DNA from: Candidatus Coproplasma sp.
Lineage (GTDB): Bacteria > Bacillota > Clostridia > Christensenellales > Borkfalkiaceae
Direction: 5' to 3'
Assembly: GCA_051884135.1 (NCBI GenBank)
Contig: JBJEVC010000003.1
Coordinates: forward strand, 272 to 64,271
Length of the DNA: 64,000 nt
The notes under the pieces are model-generated. The model worked only from the letters and a program-made list of their open reading frames with translations. It did no database searches and was not told where the DNA came from. Numbering within the stretch: the stretch's first letter is position 1; each line of letters starts with the position of its first letter. Of this stretch, positions 45,732 through 55,877 are shown one piece after another. A program made the translations under genes and the position numbers.

Positions 45732-47105
45732 ATGTTTGAATACTACAACTGTGAATGGCTTCTGCCCGAGATTATGGACGTTATTCGTCTGTTCGATGCG
45801 GAAGACGAAGTCTTTGGCTATCACTTTGAATATTCCGCCGGAAACTACTTTAACTGTATAGAGTACGGCGGAAATTTTTACGACTACAAAAATACCGTTT
45901 TTACGGAAGATGAGATAGAGTTTAAACGCTACGCAAAGCGGTTTGCAAAGCTTTCGTTTTATAATCTTCTCTCTGAAATAAAGGGGATAAAAATGCCCTA
46001 CGGTGCCCTTACGGGTATACGTCCTACAAAGCTTGCGTATATGGAAAAGGAAGCGGGCAGGGACTTTAAACAGCTTTTTACGGAGTGTGGCGTGGATAGA
46101 CAGAACACCGCTCAAGTCGAAAGAATTTTGCAGGTTCAACAGCCCTATTACGATAATAAAGGCGGTCAGGATTTGTTCGTATCGCTGCCTTTTTGCCCCA
46201 CTAAATGTGAATACTGTTCGTTTATAACGGCACCCATTTCTTCCACAAAAAAGTACATTGACGACTACGTTTCGAGCGTTGAAAAGGAGCTTATTTCCGT
46301 CAAGCCTTTTCTTTCAAATATCAAGAGTATTTATATCGGGGGCGGAACGCCTTTTGCGGTCGAGATCAGGCATTTGGAGCGTATATATGCCGCAATTAAC
46401 GCACTTTCGCTGCCTGAATGCGAGTACACCGTAGAGGCCGGCAGACCCGACACCTTCACCGAAGAAAAATTAAAGTTAACCAAAGATTTCGGTGTTACGA
46501 GAATTTGTATTAACCCCCAATCGTTTAAGAATGAAACGCTCGTCAAAATCGGCAGAAAGCACACCTGTGCCGATATATACAAAGCCTTCGATATGTCCCA
46601 TAAATACGGCTTTGATATAAACGTCGATTTAATAGCGGGGCTTGCGGACGAATCGAAAGACGACTTTGCTCAATCGCTCAAAAAGGCAATCGAGCTCAAT
46701 CCTGCAAATATTACGGTGCATACGCTCTCGCTCAAGGCAGGTGCAAAACTGAAAGAGAATTGCACAAGGCTGTACGTCGACGGGATAGGGGAGATGATTA
46801 AGCTCTCCCGTCAGATGCTCTCTCAAGCAGGGTACAGACCGTACTATATGTACAGGCAAAAGTATCAGGCAGGCGGCTGGGAGAACTGCGGCTGGGCAAA
46901 AGAAGGGAAGGAGTGCGTCTACAACATCGACGTTATGGAAGAAATTGCCGATAACGTTGCGGTGGGCGCAAACGCCATTTCCAAAAAGCTGTTCGACGGC
47001 GGAGAGAGATTGGAGAGGTGCGCATCTCCCAAGGATATACCAACCTATATTCAGAAGGTTGATAAAATAATAGCGGATAGAAACGGGCTGTTCGGTAAAG
47101 AATAA
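45732..47105 (+). CDS. HemN-like radical SAM protein (HemZ type)
   Basis: FCPTKCEYCSF CxxxCxxC motif and an N-terminal extension typical of HemZ-annotated proteins. Confidence 0.75.
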   Translation: MFEYYNCEWLLPEIMDVIRLFDAEDEVFGYHFEYSAGNYFNCIEYGGNFYDYKNTVFTEDEIEFKRYAKRFAKLSFYNLLSEIKGIKMPYGALTGIRPTKLAYMEKEAGRDFKQLFTECGVDRQNTAQVERILQVQQPYYDNKGGQDLFVSLPFCPTKCEYCSFITAPISSTKKYIDDYVSSVEKELISVKPFLSNIKSIYIGGGTPFAVEIRHLERIYAAINALSLPECEYTVEAGRPDTFTEEKLKLTKDFGVTRICINPQSFKNETLVKIGRKHTCADIYKAFDMSHKYGFDINVDLIAGLADESKDDFAQSLKKAIELNPANITVHTLSLKAGAKLKENCTRLYVDGIGEMIKLSRQMLSQAGYRPYYMYRQKYQAGGWENCGWAKEGKECVYNIDVMEEIADNVAVGANAISKKLFDGGERLERCASPKDIPTYIQKVDKIIADRNGLFGKE

Positions 47106-47287
47106 TTAGCGACGGCATTGTTAAGCCTATAAGTTAATATTTCTTTATGAAAAAGACCGTTAAATCAGTTGCTATTTATAATAGTATGTGCTAAAATACT
47201 ACTGTTACGGCTACAAAGCGGTGCGATTACTCTACGCCTACCTTTGTTGACCGCAAATACAAAGTTCCATATGGAGGATAAATTAAA

Positions 47288-47542
47288 ATGGAAAAGCAGG
47301 AAATTATTGCAAAGTACGCAACAAAAGAAGGTGACACCGGTTCACCCGAAGTGCAGATCGCACTTTTGACCGAAAGAATCAATCACCTTAACGAGCATCT
47401 TAAGACACACATTCACGACAACCACTCACGTCGTGGTCTTTTAAAGATGGTTGGTCGCCGTAGAGGTCTTTTGGACTATCTCAAGGAAAAGGATATCGAA
47501 AGATATCGTGCGATAGTCGCTGCTCTCGGTTTGAGAAAGTAA
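47288..47542 (+). CDS. rpsO: 30S ribosomal protein S15
   Basis: [44 protein letters not shown]-like motif. Confidence 0.95.
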   Translation: MEKQEIIAKYATKEGDTGSPEVQIALLTERINHLNEHLKTHIHDNHSRRGLLKMVGRRRGLLDYLKEKDIERYRAIVAALGLRK

Positions 47543-47549
47543 TTTAAAA

Positions 47550-47591
47550 AAGGGCGGGCAGGCAAGTTTTAAGCTTTGTGCGCCCTTTTTC
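47550..47591 (+). terminator. probable terminator after rpsO
   Basis: aagggcg ... cgccctt stem enclosing a partly paired loop, then ttttc. Confidence 0.55.
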
Positions 47592-47678
47592 TTATGATAT
47601 ATGCATTTACGGTGCATAAGCGTGCAAGCGGCATGAGTGAAATTGAAAGAAAGATAGAAGGAGAGTAAAATTTAAACA

Positions 47679-49787
47679 ATGGCAAACGCAGAAAATTTCA
47701 GGCAGTTTTCCTTTACCGTCGGCGGTAGGGAAGTTATTATCGAAACCGGCAAGTATGCAGAACAGGCTAACGGTGCGTGCGTAGTACGCTGCGGCGACAC
47801 GGCAGTTCTGGTTTCCGTATGTATGTCGGCTTCGCCTAGAGAGGGAATGGATTTCTTCCCCCTTCAGGTAGACTATGAAGAGAAAATGTACGCTATCGGC
47901 AAAATCCCCGGAGGATTTAAAAAGCGTGAGGGCAGGGCAAGCGACAAGGCAATCTTAACTTCCCGTCTTATCGACAGACCCTTACGTCCCCTTTTCCCCA
48001 AGGGATTATACAACGACGTAGTTGTAATCGCACAGGCTATCTCGGTTGAGCCCGACGTATCGCCCGAACCCCTTGCAATGATAGGTTCGTCTATTGCTAT
48101 TGCAATTTCCGACATTCCTTGGGACGGCCCCACTGGTTCTGTAGTAGTAGGTATGGTAGACGGCAAATACGTCATCAACCCCGACCTTGCTCAAAGGGAA
48201 GCGAGCGACATTCACTTAAACCTTGCAGGTACCAAGGACGCAATCTTAATGATTGAAGCAGGCGCAAACGAAGTAACCAACGATCAGATGGTCGGCGCAA
48301 TAATGTTCGGTCACGAAGAGATTAAGAAGATTTGCGCTTACATTTCCGACGTTATCGTTCCCGCAGTTGGCAAGAAGAAGTTGGAGATGGAGCTCTATCA
48401 CATTCCCGAAGAGCTTGACAAAGAAGTTCGTGCTTACGCATCTGAAAAGGTTGAATGGGCGATCGACACCTTCGACAGGAAGGAGAGAGAGACCCGTCAG
48501 GCACAGGTTGAAAAGGAAGTTCAGGAACACTTTACAGAAATCTATCCCGAGAGCAAGAGAGAGGTTGGCGACAGCCTTTACTACTTGACTAAGGAAAAGG
48601 TTCGTGCAAAGATATTCGACAAGGGTATCCGCCCCGACGGCAGAAGCTTGAAGGAAGTTCGTCCCATTTGGTGCGAACGCCACATTCTTCCCCGTGCACA
48701 CGGTTCTGCAATCTTCACCAGAGGTCAGACGCAGACTATGACTACCTGTACTTTAGCAATGATGGGCGAAGCGCAGAAGCTTGAAGGACTTGATGAAGAG
48801 ACCTGCAAGAGATATATGCATCAGTACAACTTCCCCGGCTACTGCACAGGCGAAGCAAAGGCAATCCGTTCACCCGGCAGGCGTGAGATAGGTCACGGCG
48901 CACTTGCAGAAAGGGCGTTGGTTCCCGTTATCCCTTCGGAAGACGAGTTCCCCTATGCTATAAGGGTGGTTAACGATATCTTATCTTCCAACGGCTCCAG
49001 CTCAATGGCTTCGGTCTGCGGCTCAACTATGGCGTTGATGGACGCAGGCGTTCCCATTAAGGCACCCGTTGCGGGCGTTGCTATGGGCTTAATCAAGAAT
49101 CAGGAGACGGGTGAATTCCGTGTTATGACCGATATTCAGGGCTTAGAAGACTTCCTTGGCGATATGGACTTCAAGGTAGCAGGTACTGTCAACGGTATCA
49201 CCGCCATTCAGATGGATATAAAGATTAAGGGTATTTCCGAAGAGATTATGCACACCGCAATCGAACAGGCAAACGAAGGCAGACAGTTTATCTTAAACAA
49301 GATGCTTGAGTGCGTTCCTGCAGTTGAACCCAGACTCTCCGACTATGCTCCCAAGATTATCGGCTTTGAAATCAATCCTGAAAGAATAGGCGACGTCATC
49401 GGTAAACAGGGTTGCGTAATCAAGAAGATTATGGAAGAAACCCAGACCCAGATTGAGTTCAACGAAGACGATTCCGGCAGAGGTTATATCTCGTGCGTTG
49501 GCCCTATCGAGAACGCAGAAAAGGCAAAGGCAATCGTTCTTTCAATTGCTCACGAGCCTGAAGTCGGCGATATGTTCATCGGTTCCGTAACCAAGATCTT
49601 CAGCGATAAGGGTGCGGTAGTTGAATTTGCTCCAGGCAAGACCGGCTTTATCCACATCTCCAAGCTCTCGAACAAGAGAGTAAACAAGGTTGACGACGTG
49701 CTTTCAATCGGCGATAACGTAAAGGTTGAAATTATCAAAATCGGCGACAAGGGCGTTGACTTCAAACTTTTGGAAAAGTTGGTTTAA
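47679..49787 (+). CDS. pnp: polyribonucleotide nucleotidyltransferase (PNPase)
   Basis: Two RNase PH domains (FPLQVDYEEKMYAIGKIPGGF, GRREIGHGALAERAL), a KH domain and a C-terminal S1 domain. Confidence 0.95.
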   Translation: MANAENFRQFSFTVGGREVIIETGKYAEQANGACVVRCGDTAVLVSVCMSASPREGMDFFPLQVDYEEKMYAIGKIPGGFKKREGRASDKAILTSRLIDRPLRPLFPKGLYNDVVVIAQAISVEPDVSPEPLAMIGSSIAIAISDIPWDGPTGSVVVGMVDGKYVINPDLAQREASDIHLNLAGTKDAILMIEAGANEVTNDQMVGAIMFGHEEIKKICAYISDVIVPAVGKKKLEMELYHIPEELDKEVRAYASEKVEWAIDTFDRKERETRQAQVEKEVQEHFTEIYPESKREVGDSLYYLTKEKVRAKIFDKGIRPDGRSLKEVRPIWCERHILPRAHGSAIFTRGQTQTMTTCTLAMMGEAQKLEGLDEETCKRYMHQYNFPGYCTGEAKAIRSPGRREIGHGALAERALVPVIPSEDEFPYAIRVVNDILSSNGSSSMASVCGSTMALMDAGVPIKAPVAGVAMGLIKNQETGEFRVMTDIQGLEDFLGDMDFKVAGTVNGITAIQMDIKIKGISEEIMHTAIEQANEGRQFILNKMLECVPAVEPRLSDYAPKIIGFEINPERIGDVIGKQGCVIKKIMEETQTQIEFNEDDSGRGYISCVGPIENAEKAKAIVLSIAHEPEVGDMFIGSVTKIFSDKGAVVEFAPGKTGFIHISKLSNKRVNKVDDVLSIGDNVKVEIIKIGDKGVDFKLLEKLV

Positions 49788-49869
49788 TTCGTTGAGTAAT
49801 TAATAACGGAATATAAAAAAATACAGACTCGCCCGTAAAGCAATTTGCGGGCGGTCTTTAATTGTGTAG

Positions 49870-50575
49870 TAAAACCACGCCATAGTGGCGTGGTTCAATA
49901 TAGGTTTACCGTTGAGTATAGACAAAAATACTCCGATTTTGTATAATAAGGTTGTGACCTGGCAGTTACAACAAAACAAAATCGGAGGACAATTAAATGA
50001 AAGATTCAAATAACGTCACAAAAAGTATAGCACACACAACTTGGAATTGCAAGTACCACATAGTGTTCGCACCTAAGTACAGGAGAAAAGTATTTTTCGA
50101 AGAGAAAAGGTTAGAAATAAGAGAAATCCTGCGAACGCTATGTGCGTGGAAAGGGGTGGAAATAATTGAAGGTGAAATATGCCCTGACCACGTGCATCTG
50201 CTGTTAAGTATACCGCCCAAGTATAGTATATCGTCGTTTATGGGATACCTGAAAGGCAAAAGCGCAACAATGATATACCAAAAATGGGGAAACATGAAAT
50301 TTGCATACCGCAACAGAGAATTTTAGTGTACAGGATATTACGTAGATACAGTAGGCAAAAATACTCAGGCAATAAAGGAATACATAGAAAATCAGTTAAA
50401 GTTAGATAAGGAAGCAGACCAACTGAGTATTTTTGACCCCAATGATCCTTTTAAGGGTGGCAAGTAAAATTAAAGCACGCTGCCAGGCACCCCGAAAGGG
50501 CACTTGTGCCCCGCTGGTAGTATTAGGGCTATGCCCGAAAAGTAAAAACCACTGGCTATGCCAGTGGATATTTAT
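49870..50575 (+). mobile_element. IS200/IS605-family insertion sequence (tnpA only)
   Basis: Y1 transposase gene flanked by sub-terminal hairpins: aaccacgcca/tggcgtggtt (49873-49895) and ccactgg/ccagtgg (50549-50567). The boundaries are approximate. Confidence 0.65.
49997..50467 (+). pseudogene. tnpA: IS200-type Y1 transposase TnpA interrupted by an in-frame TAG at 50324-50326
   Basis: HUH motif region CPDHVHLLLSIP is intact. NREF-TAG-CTGYYVDTVGKN...IKEYIENQ continues in the same frame. The stop sits where the family has Trp (TGG). Confidence 0.8.
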
Positions 50576-50581
50576 TCTATT

Positions 50582-51286
50582 TCAGGTTACCGAAGCTAAA
50601 TACTCAACCGAGCCTTTAAAAATAGCATAGGCAATAGCTTTTCGGTACTGCGAAGTGTTTAAAAGTTTGTCTTCTTCTTCGTTGGATAAAAATCCGCACT
50701 CAACTATAACAGACGGATTTTCGGTGCATTTAAGCATAAAATAATCGCCGTACAGTGCTTCGTTGGGTTTTACGCTCTGCGGTAATGTGTTTAATTCCTG
50801 CTGAATTTTTTGTGCGAGAGCACAGCTTTCCGGACTGTTCTTATCAAAAAAGACGATGCCGCCACGTTTGGAAGGCAGGGGGCAATAGTTTTGATGGATT
50901 GAAATTACAAGGTCAGGGTTGCTCTCCTGAATAATCTGTTTACGCTTTTGCATATCCCTTGCCTTAAAACCCTTTTGAGTGGTGCCGTAGAGTCCTGCTT
51001 CGGTAGACCTTGTCATAACGCAGTTAAAACCGGCGTTTACAAAGTTGCCTTTAACAAGTTTTGCAATGGCGAGGTTTATATCCGATTCGTCTACTCCGCT
51101 TACAACGCCCTGAACGCCGTTGTCTATTCCGCCGTGACCTGCGTCTATTACGACGGTGGGCATTTTAGGGTTGATTTTTGAAGCTTGATTTGCACCGAAG
51201 CCCACCAAAACACCTAAAGAAACTCCCACGCATAAAATAAGAGCAATCGCTATGATAAAACTTTTTTTTATAAACAAGGTTTTCAC
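50582..51286 (-). CDS. cwlD: N-acetylmuramoyl-L-alanine amidase, CwlD-like
   Basis: N-terminal TM/signal segment, VVIDAGHGGIDNG, ISIHQN. GTG start without a clear RBS. Confidence 0.8.
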   Translation of the reverse strand: MKTLFIKKSFIIAIALILCVGVSLGVLVGFGANQASKINPKMPTVVIDAGHGGIDNGVQGVVSGVDESDINLAIAKLVKGNFVNAGFNCVMTRSTEAGLYGTTQKGFKARDMQKRKQIIQESNPDLVISIHQNYCPLPSKRGGIVFFDKNSPESCALAQKIQQELNTLPQSVKPNEALYGDYFMLKCTENPSVIVECGFLSNEEEDKLLNTSQYRKAIAYAIFKGSVEYLASVT

Positions 51287-51470
51287 GCTATATAGTACTG
51301 ATTTGTTGCTTTTTTTATGCTATTGTGGTAAAATAAATTAGTATAAACGGGTAGTGTAAAATTTAATTATTTAGCCGACAGTCGGCGGCAAACACATCTT
51401 GTTTTACAGGCGATATCGCAGCAAAAAAAATAACGTTTGGTATAGATAAGTGTCGGAATTTTTTGGTTCA

Positions 51471-51851
51471 ATGAGTGCGGAAAAAGTAAAACAGTTAAGC
51501 CCGATAACGCTTGCGTTTGTGGGCGATGCGGTGTACTCGCTTTACGTTCGTGAAGACGAAGTACTATCTTGCGATGCGAAGCTTATCGAACTGCAAAAGA
51601 GGACTTCCCAAAGGGTTTCTGCGGTGGGGCAGAGCGAGTTGCTCAAAAGTATAGAAAAACTCTTCACTGAAGAAGAAGAGGAGATATACCACCGTGGCAG
51701 GAACGCCAAGAAGACGACGAGAAGCAAGAGTGCTTCCGTAACAGATTACAACCGTTCAACGGGTTTCGAAGCCGTTTTAGGCTTTTTATATCTTTGTGGA
51801 AGAACGGACAGAATTACGCAATTATTAGGCGGTGAAAGGAATGAAAACTGA
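51471..51851 (+). CDS. mrnC: Mini-ribonuclease 3
   Basis: LAFVGDAVYSLYVRE RNase III signature. Start uncertain (ATG 51471 or GTG 51450). Confidence 0.8.
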   Translation: MSAEKVKQLSPITLAFVGDAVYSLYVREDEVLSCDAKLIELQKRTSQRVSAVGQSELLKSIEKLFTEEEEEIYHRGRNAKKTTRSKSASVTDYNRSTGFEAVLGFLYLCGRTDRITQLLGGERNEN

Positions 51852-52554
51852 AGGCAGAAACGCCGTACTGGAACTTTTAAAAACCGATAAAACGGTCGAT
51901 AAGCTGTTGATAGAAAAGAACCCACAAGGTTCGTTAAACAAAGTGTTTGCCGAAGCAAGGGCAAAGGGCATCAGGGTACAGTTTGTCGACAAGCGTGTGC
52001 TCGATAAGGAGAGTGTAACGGGTAAACACCAAGGGTGCATTGCCTTTGCCACCGACTATAAGTACAGCTCTTTGGACGAGATTATTGCATCAAAAGGTGA
52101 AAAGGGCGGTTTTATTATTCTTTGCGATTGCATAGAAGACGTGCATAATTTAGGTGCAATTATAAGGGTTGCGGAAGTCGTCGGTGCCGACGGCGTCGTC
52201 ATTCAGTCTACGAATTCTGCTTCTGTAACCGAAGCGGTTATCCGCATTTCGGCGGGGGCAGCAAACCACGTTAAGGTTGCAAAGGTCAACTCCATCAACA
52301 GGGCTGTCGACGAGCTCAAGAAAAAGGGCTATTGGCTGTATGCGTTAGAAGCGGACGGAACCGACATCTACTCTGCAGATTTAACGGGCAACGTCGCCTT
52401 GGTTATCGGCGGTGAAGACAGCGGCGTTAAAAAGCTCACAAGGGAGAAGTGTGACTTCGTGGTTGCCCTTCCCGTGTGCGGAAAGGTAAACTCGTTAAAC
52501 GCATCGGTTGCTTTGGGCGTTGCCGCCTACGAAGTTTTGAGAAAAAGGCTTTAA
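51841..52554 (+). CDS. rlmB: 23S rRNA (guanosine-2'-O)-methyltransferase RlmB (SpoU/TrmH family)
   Basis: EGRNAVLELL N-terminus, HNLGAIIRVAE, LVIGGEDSGV, SLNASVALGV. Overlaps the mrnC stop. Confidence 0.85.
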   Translation: MKTEGRNAVLELLKTDKTVDKLLIEKNPQGSLNKVFAEARAKGIRVQFVDKRVLDKESVTGKHQGCIAFATDYKYSSLDEIIASKGEKGGFIILCDCIEDVHNLGAIIRVAEVVGADGVVIQSTNSASVTEAVIRISAGAANHVKVAKVNSINRAVDELKKKGYWLYALEADGTDIYSADLTGNVALVIGGEDSGVKKLTREKCDFVVALPVCGKVNSLNASVALGVAAYEVLRKRL

Positions 52555-52557
52555 CAG

Positions 52558-53118
52558 ATGACGGACAAGAAACTCACTGACGAACAGCTCATCGCACAAT
52601 TTAAAAGCGGCGACGGCAGTGCGTGCGAAGAAATTCTGCTTCGGTATAAAAACAAGGTTCTCGCCATAGCCCGTGGCTATATCTTATCGGGCGGCGATAC
52701 CGAAGATTTGGTTCAGGAAGGTATGTGCGGTCTGTATTCCGCCATAACGGCGTTTAACGGAGAAGGCAGTTTTGCGCCCTTTGCCTACGCCTGTATACGC
52801 AACAGAATCGTTGATTGCTTCAAGCATACTCAAGGCAGTGTTCCTGCTTTAGTTTTGCAGTCTTTTTCCGAAGAGGAAGAGGGCGGAGTGAGTTTAGCGT
52901 TCAGCCCTGAAGACGCACTAATAAACAGCGAAGAGAGTAAGGAGCTGAATGAGCTTATGGTATCTTCGCTGTCAAAGTTGGAGCTTAAGGCAATAGAGAT
53001 GTACGTCGAAGGCGCAACTATGAACGAGATTGCTACGGCGTTAAAAATAACCTATAAACAGCTTGACAATGCACTTTCTCGTGCAAAGAGAAAGCTTAAA
53101 AATATCCGTACTAATTAA
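52558..53118 (+). CDS. sigH: sigma factor SigH-like (sigma-70 family)
   Basis: EDLVQEGMCGLYSAITAFN region 2 and the conserved mrnC-rlmB-sigH order. Confidence 0.75.
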   Translation: MTDKKLTDEQLIAQFKSGDGSACEEILLRYKNKVLAIARGYILSGGDTEDLVQEGMCGLYSAITAFNGEGSFAPFAYACIRNRIVDCFKHTQGSVPALVLQSFSEEEEGGVSLAFSPEDALINSEESKELNELMVSSLSKLELKAIEMYVEGATMNEIATALKITYKQLDNALSRAKRKLKNIRTN

Positions 53119-53129
53119 AAGGGGGTAAT

Positions 53130-54872
53130 ATGGCGTACCTTGCGTTTTACCGTGCATTCCGCCCCACGACGTTCGATACGGTCGTTCGGCAGGAGCACAT
53201 AGTTAAAATTTTAAAAAACCAGATAGAGACGGGAAAGGTTGGTCACGCCTATCTCTTTTGCGGACCTAGGGGAACGGGCAAGACTACCCTTGCAAAAATC
53301 TTTGCAAAGGCAATCAACTGTGAAAGTCCTGTAAACGGCTCTCCTTGCGGCAAATGCGCAACGTGTAAGGCGCTTGCAAGCGGAGCTTCACTCGATATTT
53401 CGGAAATCGACGCCGCTTCAAACAACGGCGTTGACGAGATGAGAGATTTAAGGGAAAAGGTACAGTATCCCCCCGTAAACGGTAAATATAAAGTATATAT
53501 AATAGACGAAGTGCATATGCTTTCAACTTCGGCGTTCAATGCGGTGTTAAAGACGTTGGAGGAACCCCCTGCTCACGCAGTATTCATTCTTGCGACCACC
53601 GAACCGCAAAAAATTCCTGCAACCATACTTTCACGCTGTATGCGCTTTGACTTCAAACTCATTCCCCAATCCGATTTGGAAGGGCTTATTAAAAGCGTAT
53701 TCGACAGGACGGAAAAGCAGTATGAGCAGGAAGCTGTTGCGGCAATCGCAAGGGCAGGCAACGGCAGTGCGAGAGACAGTCTGTCCATTGCCGATATGTG
53801 TGCTTCCTACTCGCAAGGCAAGCTGACATATGAAGACGTCAATACGGTATTAGGCAAAGCCGACTTCTATTCAGTTGCAGATATCGTGTCTGCGATTATG
53901 GAGCACGACGGCGGTAAGACGCTCTCTGACGCAGAAGGCGTTTTGGCGACGGGCAAGGGCGTAGGTGTACTGTTAAGGGATTTGTTGAACTTTGTAAACA
54001 ACCTTGCAATCGTAAAGATGTGCAGGGACGCCGATAAAATTCTCAATATCCCCAAAGTGCAGTATGATAGAATTAAGGCTATCGCAGATACTGCCGACGG
54101 TCATACCATTTTACGCACTACGGAACTTCTTGCCAAGGCAGAAGGCGATATGCGCTATGCGGTAGACTCACGCATAACGTTGGAAACCGCACTTTTAAAG
54201 GCGGCAATGCCTTCTTCCGACTACGATATAGAAGCATTGCTTGCCCGTATAGAAAAGCTTGAAAGGCAGGTTAAAGACGGAGTAAAGGTTACACTTCAGA
54301 CTCAACCTGCGCCTTCAAACGTTCAACCCGACCAAACAAAGGTCTATAAAAAACCCGTTGCGCCTGAAGAAAATATTGAGAAAGCAGCACCCAAACAGAG
54401 TTTAACTTCTTTTGAAGACAGCTCTCCTTTTGAAGCTCCTGCAGCCGAAGCTCCCCAAGAGACGGCACCTGAAGAGATGTCAAACGGGCAGGAGCAGGGT
54501 TCGCTTTTCGACGGCGGACACACGCCAGCGCCTGCAAACGTAGGCTCTCTCTCGGATGCGGATAAGGCTACAATGTTCGGAAGATTTATAAAGCTCTTCC
54601 GCACCACCAAGCGAAACGCAGTGCTGTTTACCCTTTGTATGGATTTAGAGAGCTTTTTCGAAGGCGACACTTTCGTGCTTGTAACCGAAGTCGAAGCGGT
54701 ATACAAATCTCTCTGCAGGGAAGATAACAAGCAGTACGTTGCGGAAGCCTTGCAAAGTCTCGGCGTGTTCTCGTTTGATATCCGCTTAAAGGCAAAGGGC
54801 GTTGATAAGTACGAAACGTCAATAAACGAATTGCGAAACAATTTCGATGGGATTGATATTGAAATAAAATAA
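53130..54872 (+). CDS. dnaX: DNA polymerase III subunits gamma/tau
   Basis: GPRGTGKTT, a CGKCATC zinc module, YIIDEVHML, SRC sensor. Confidence 0.95.
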   Translation: MAYLAFYRAFRPTTFDTVVRQEHIVKILKNQIETGKVGHAYLFCGPRGTGKTTLAKIFAKAINCESPVNGSPCGKCATCKALASGASLDISEIDAASNNGVDEMRDLREKVQYPPVNGKYKVYIIDEVHMLSTSAFNAVLKTLEEPPAHAVFILATTEPQKIPATILSRCMRFDFKLIPQSDLEGLIKSVFDRTEKQYEQEAVAAIARAGNGSARDSLSIADMCASYSQGKLTYEDVNTVLGKADFYSVADIVSAIMEHDGGKTLSDAEGVLATGKGVGVLLRDLLNFVNNLAIVKMCRDADKILNIPKVQYDRIKAIADTADGHTILRTTELLAKAEGDMRYAVDSRITLETALLKAAMPSSDYDIEALLARIEKLERQVKDGVKVTLQTQPAPSNVQPDQTKVYKKPVAPEENIEKAAPKQSLTSFEDSSPFEAPAAEAPQETAPEEMSNGQEQGSLFDGGHTPAPANVGSLSDADKATMFGRFIKLFRTTKRNAVLFTLCMDLESFFEGDTFVLVTEVEAVYKSLCREDNKQYVAEALQSLGVFSFDIRLKAKGVDKYETSINELRNNFDGIDIEIK

Positions 54873-54895
54873 GCAAATATTAGGGAGGAAATAAT

Positions 54896-55261
54896 ATGGC
54901 TTACAGAGGCGGCAATAACGCTGGTATGCAAAATATGATGAAGCAGGCTCAAAAGATTCAGGAGCAGATGCAACAGGCGGAGCAGGAATTAGACGAGATG
55001 GAAATTCTCGGCTTTTCGGGCGGCGGAGATGAAGGCGACGAGACCGTCTGCGTGTATATGAACGGTAAAAAGGTCATAAACGGCATAGAGTTCGGCAGTA
55101 AAATTTCCGAAATGGTAGACCTTTCCGATGAAGACGACGTTGAAATGCTTGAAGACCTTATCATGGCTGCAATCAACGACGGCTATAAAAAGGCAGACTC
55201 CGCATACGACGAAAAGATGGGTCCTTTGGGTGTAAATTCTTCGCTTAAGGGCTTATTATAA
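54896..55261 (+). CDS. YbaB/EbfC family nucleoid-associated protein
   Basis: MMKQAQKIQEQMQQAEQEL N-terminus and the dnaX-ybaB-recR order. Confidence 0.9.
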   Translation: MAYRGGNNAGMQNMMKQAQKIQEQMQQAEQELDEMEILGFSGGGDEGDETVCVYMNGKKVINGIEFGSKISEMVDLSDEDDVEMLEDLIMAAINDGYKKADSAYDEKMGPLGVNSSLKGLL

Positions 55262-55277
55262 TCAATAGGGGTAGTCA

Positions 55278-55868
55278 ATGGACGCATTTATAGAACCTAT
55301 CGGAAGATTGATTAACGAGTTTACAAAGCTCCCCGGCGTTGGCAAAAAGACGGCGCAAAGGTATGCTTATAAAATAATCGATATGTCCGAAAATGAAGCA
55401 AAGCTCTTTGCGGAGAGTATTATAGAGTGCAAGAAAAAGGTGCGCTATTGCAAAGTGTGCGGAAACTTTTCCGAAGAAGACACCTGCGAGATTTGTAAGC
55501 GTAGGGAAAAGTCGGTAATCTGTGTGGTTAAGGAACCCAAGGACGTTATAGCTTTAGAAAAGCTCCGTGAATATAAGGGTGTTTATCACGTTCTGCACGG
55601 CGTTATCTCCCCTATGGACGGCATAGGGCCTAACGATATTAAGATTAAGGAATTGCTCGCAAGGGTAGGCGAAGGCGTAAGCGAAGTTATAATTGCCACC
55701 AATCCCGACGTGGAAGGCGACGCAACCGCAATGTACATTGCCAAGCTTTTAAAGCCGCTCGGCGTTAAAGTTACAAGGCTTGCACACGGCATTCCCATCG
55801 GGGGAGAGATAGAGTATACCGACGAAGTTACTCTCTCACGGGCATTTCTTGAAAGAAAACAGATCTAA
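55278..55868 (+). CDS. recR: recombination protein RecR
   Basis: [11 protein letters not shown] HhH, a CxxC...CxxC zinc finger, and a Toprim region. Confidence 0.95.
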   Translation: MDAFIEPIGRLINEFTKLPGVGKKTAQRYAYKIIDMSENEAKLFAESIIECKKKVRYCKVCGNFSEEDTCEICKRREKSVICVVKEPKDVIALEKLREYKGVYHVLHGVISPMDGIGPNDIKIKELLARVGEGVSEVIIATNPDVEGDATAMYIAKLLKPLGVKVTRLAHGIPIGGEIEYTDEVTLSRAFLERKQI

Positions 55869-55877
55869 AGGAAAATT

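Noticed and set aside
45726-46139. 137-aa minus-strand ORF overlapping the start of the HemZ-like gene.
   Set aside because: It is antisense to a motif-supported radical SAM gene in a tightly packed co-directional block, and nothing supports it independently.
47106-47287. Possible S15-binding autoregulatory leader upstream of rpsO.
   Set aside because: A promoter-like TTGCTA...TAAAAT and some pairing potential exist. I could not identify a convincing conserved structure by eye, so this is left uncalled.
54344-54973. 209-aa minus-strand ORF over the 3' end of dnaX and the start of ybaB.
   Set aside because: It is antisense to two conserved genes and gives a Ser-rich low-complexity translation. 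It is most likely an open-frame artefact.
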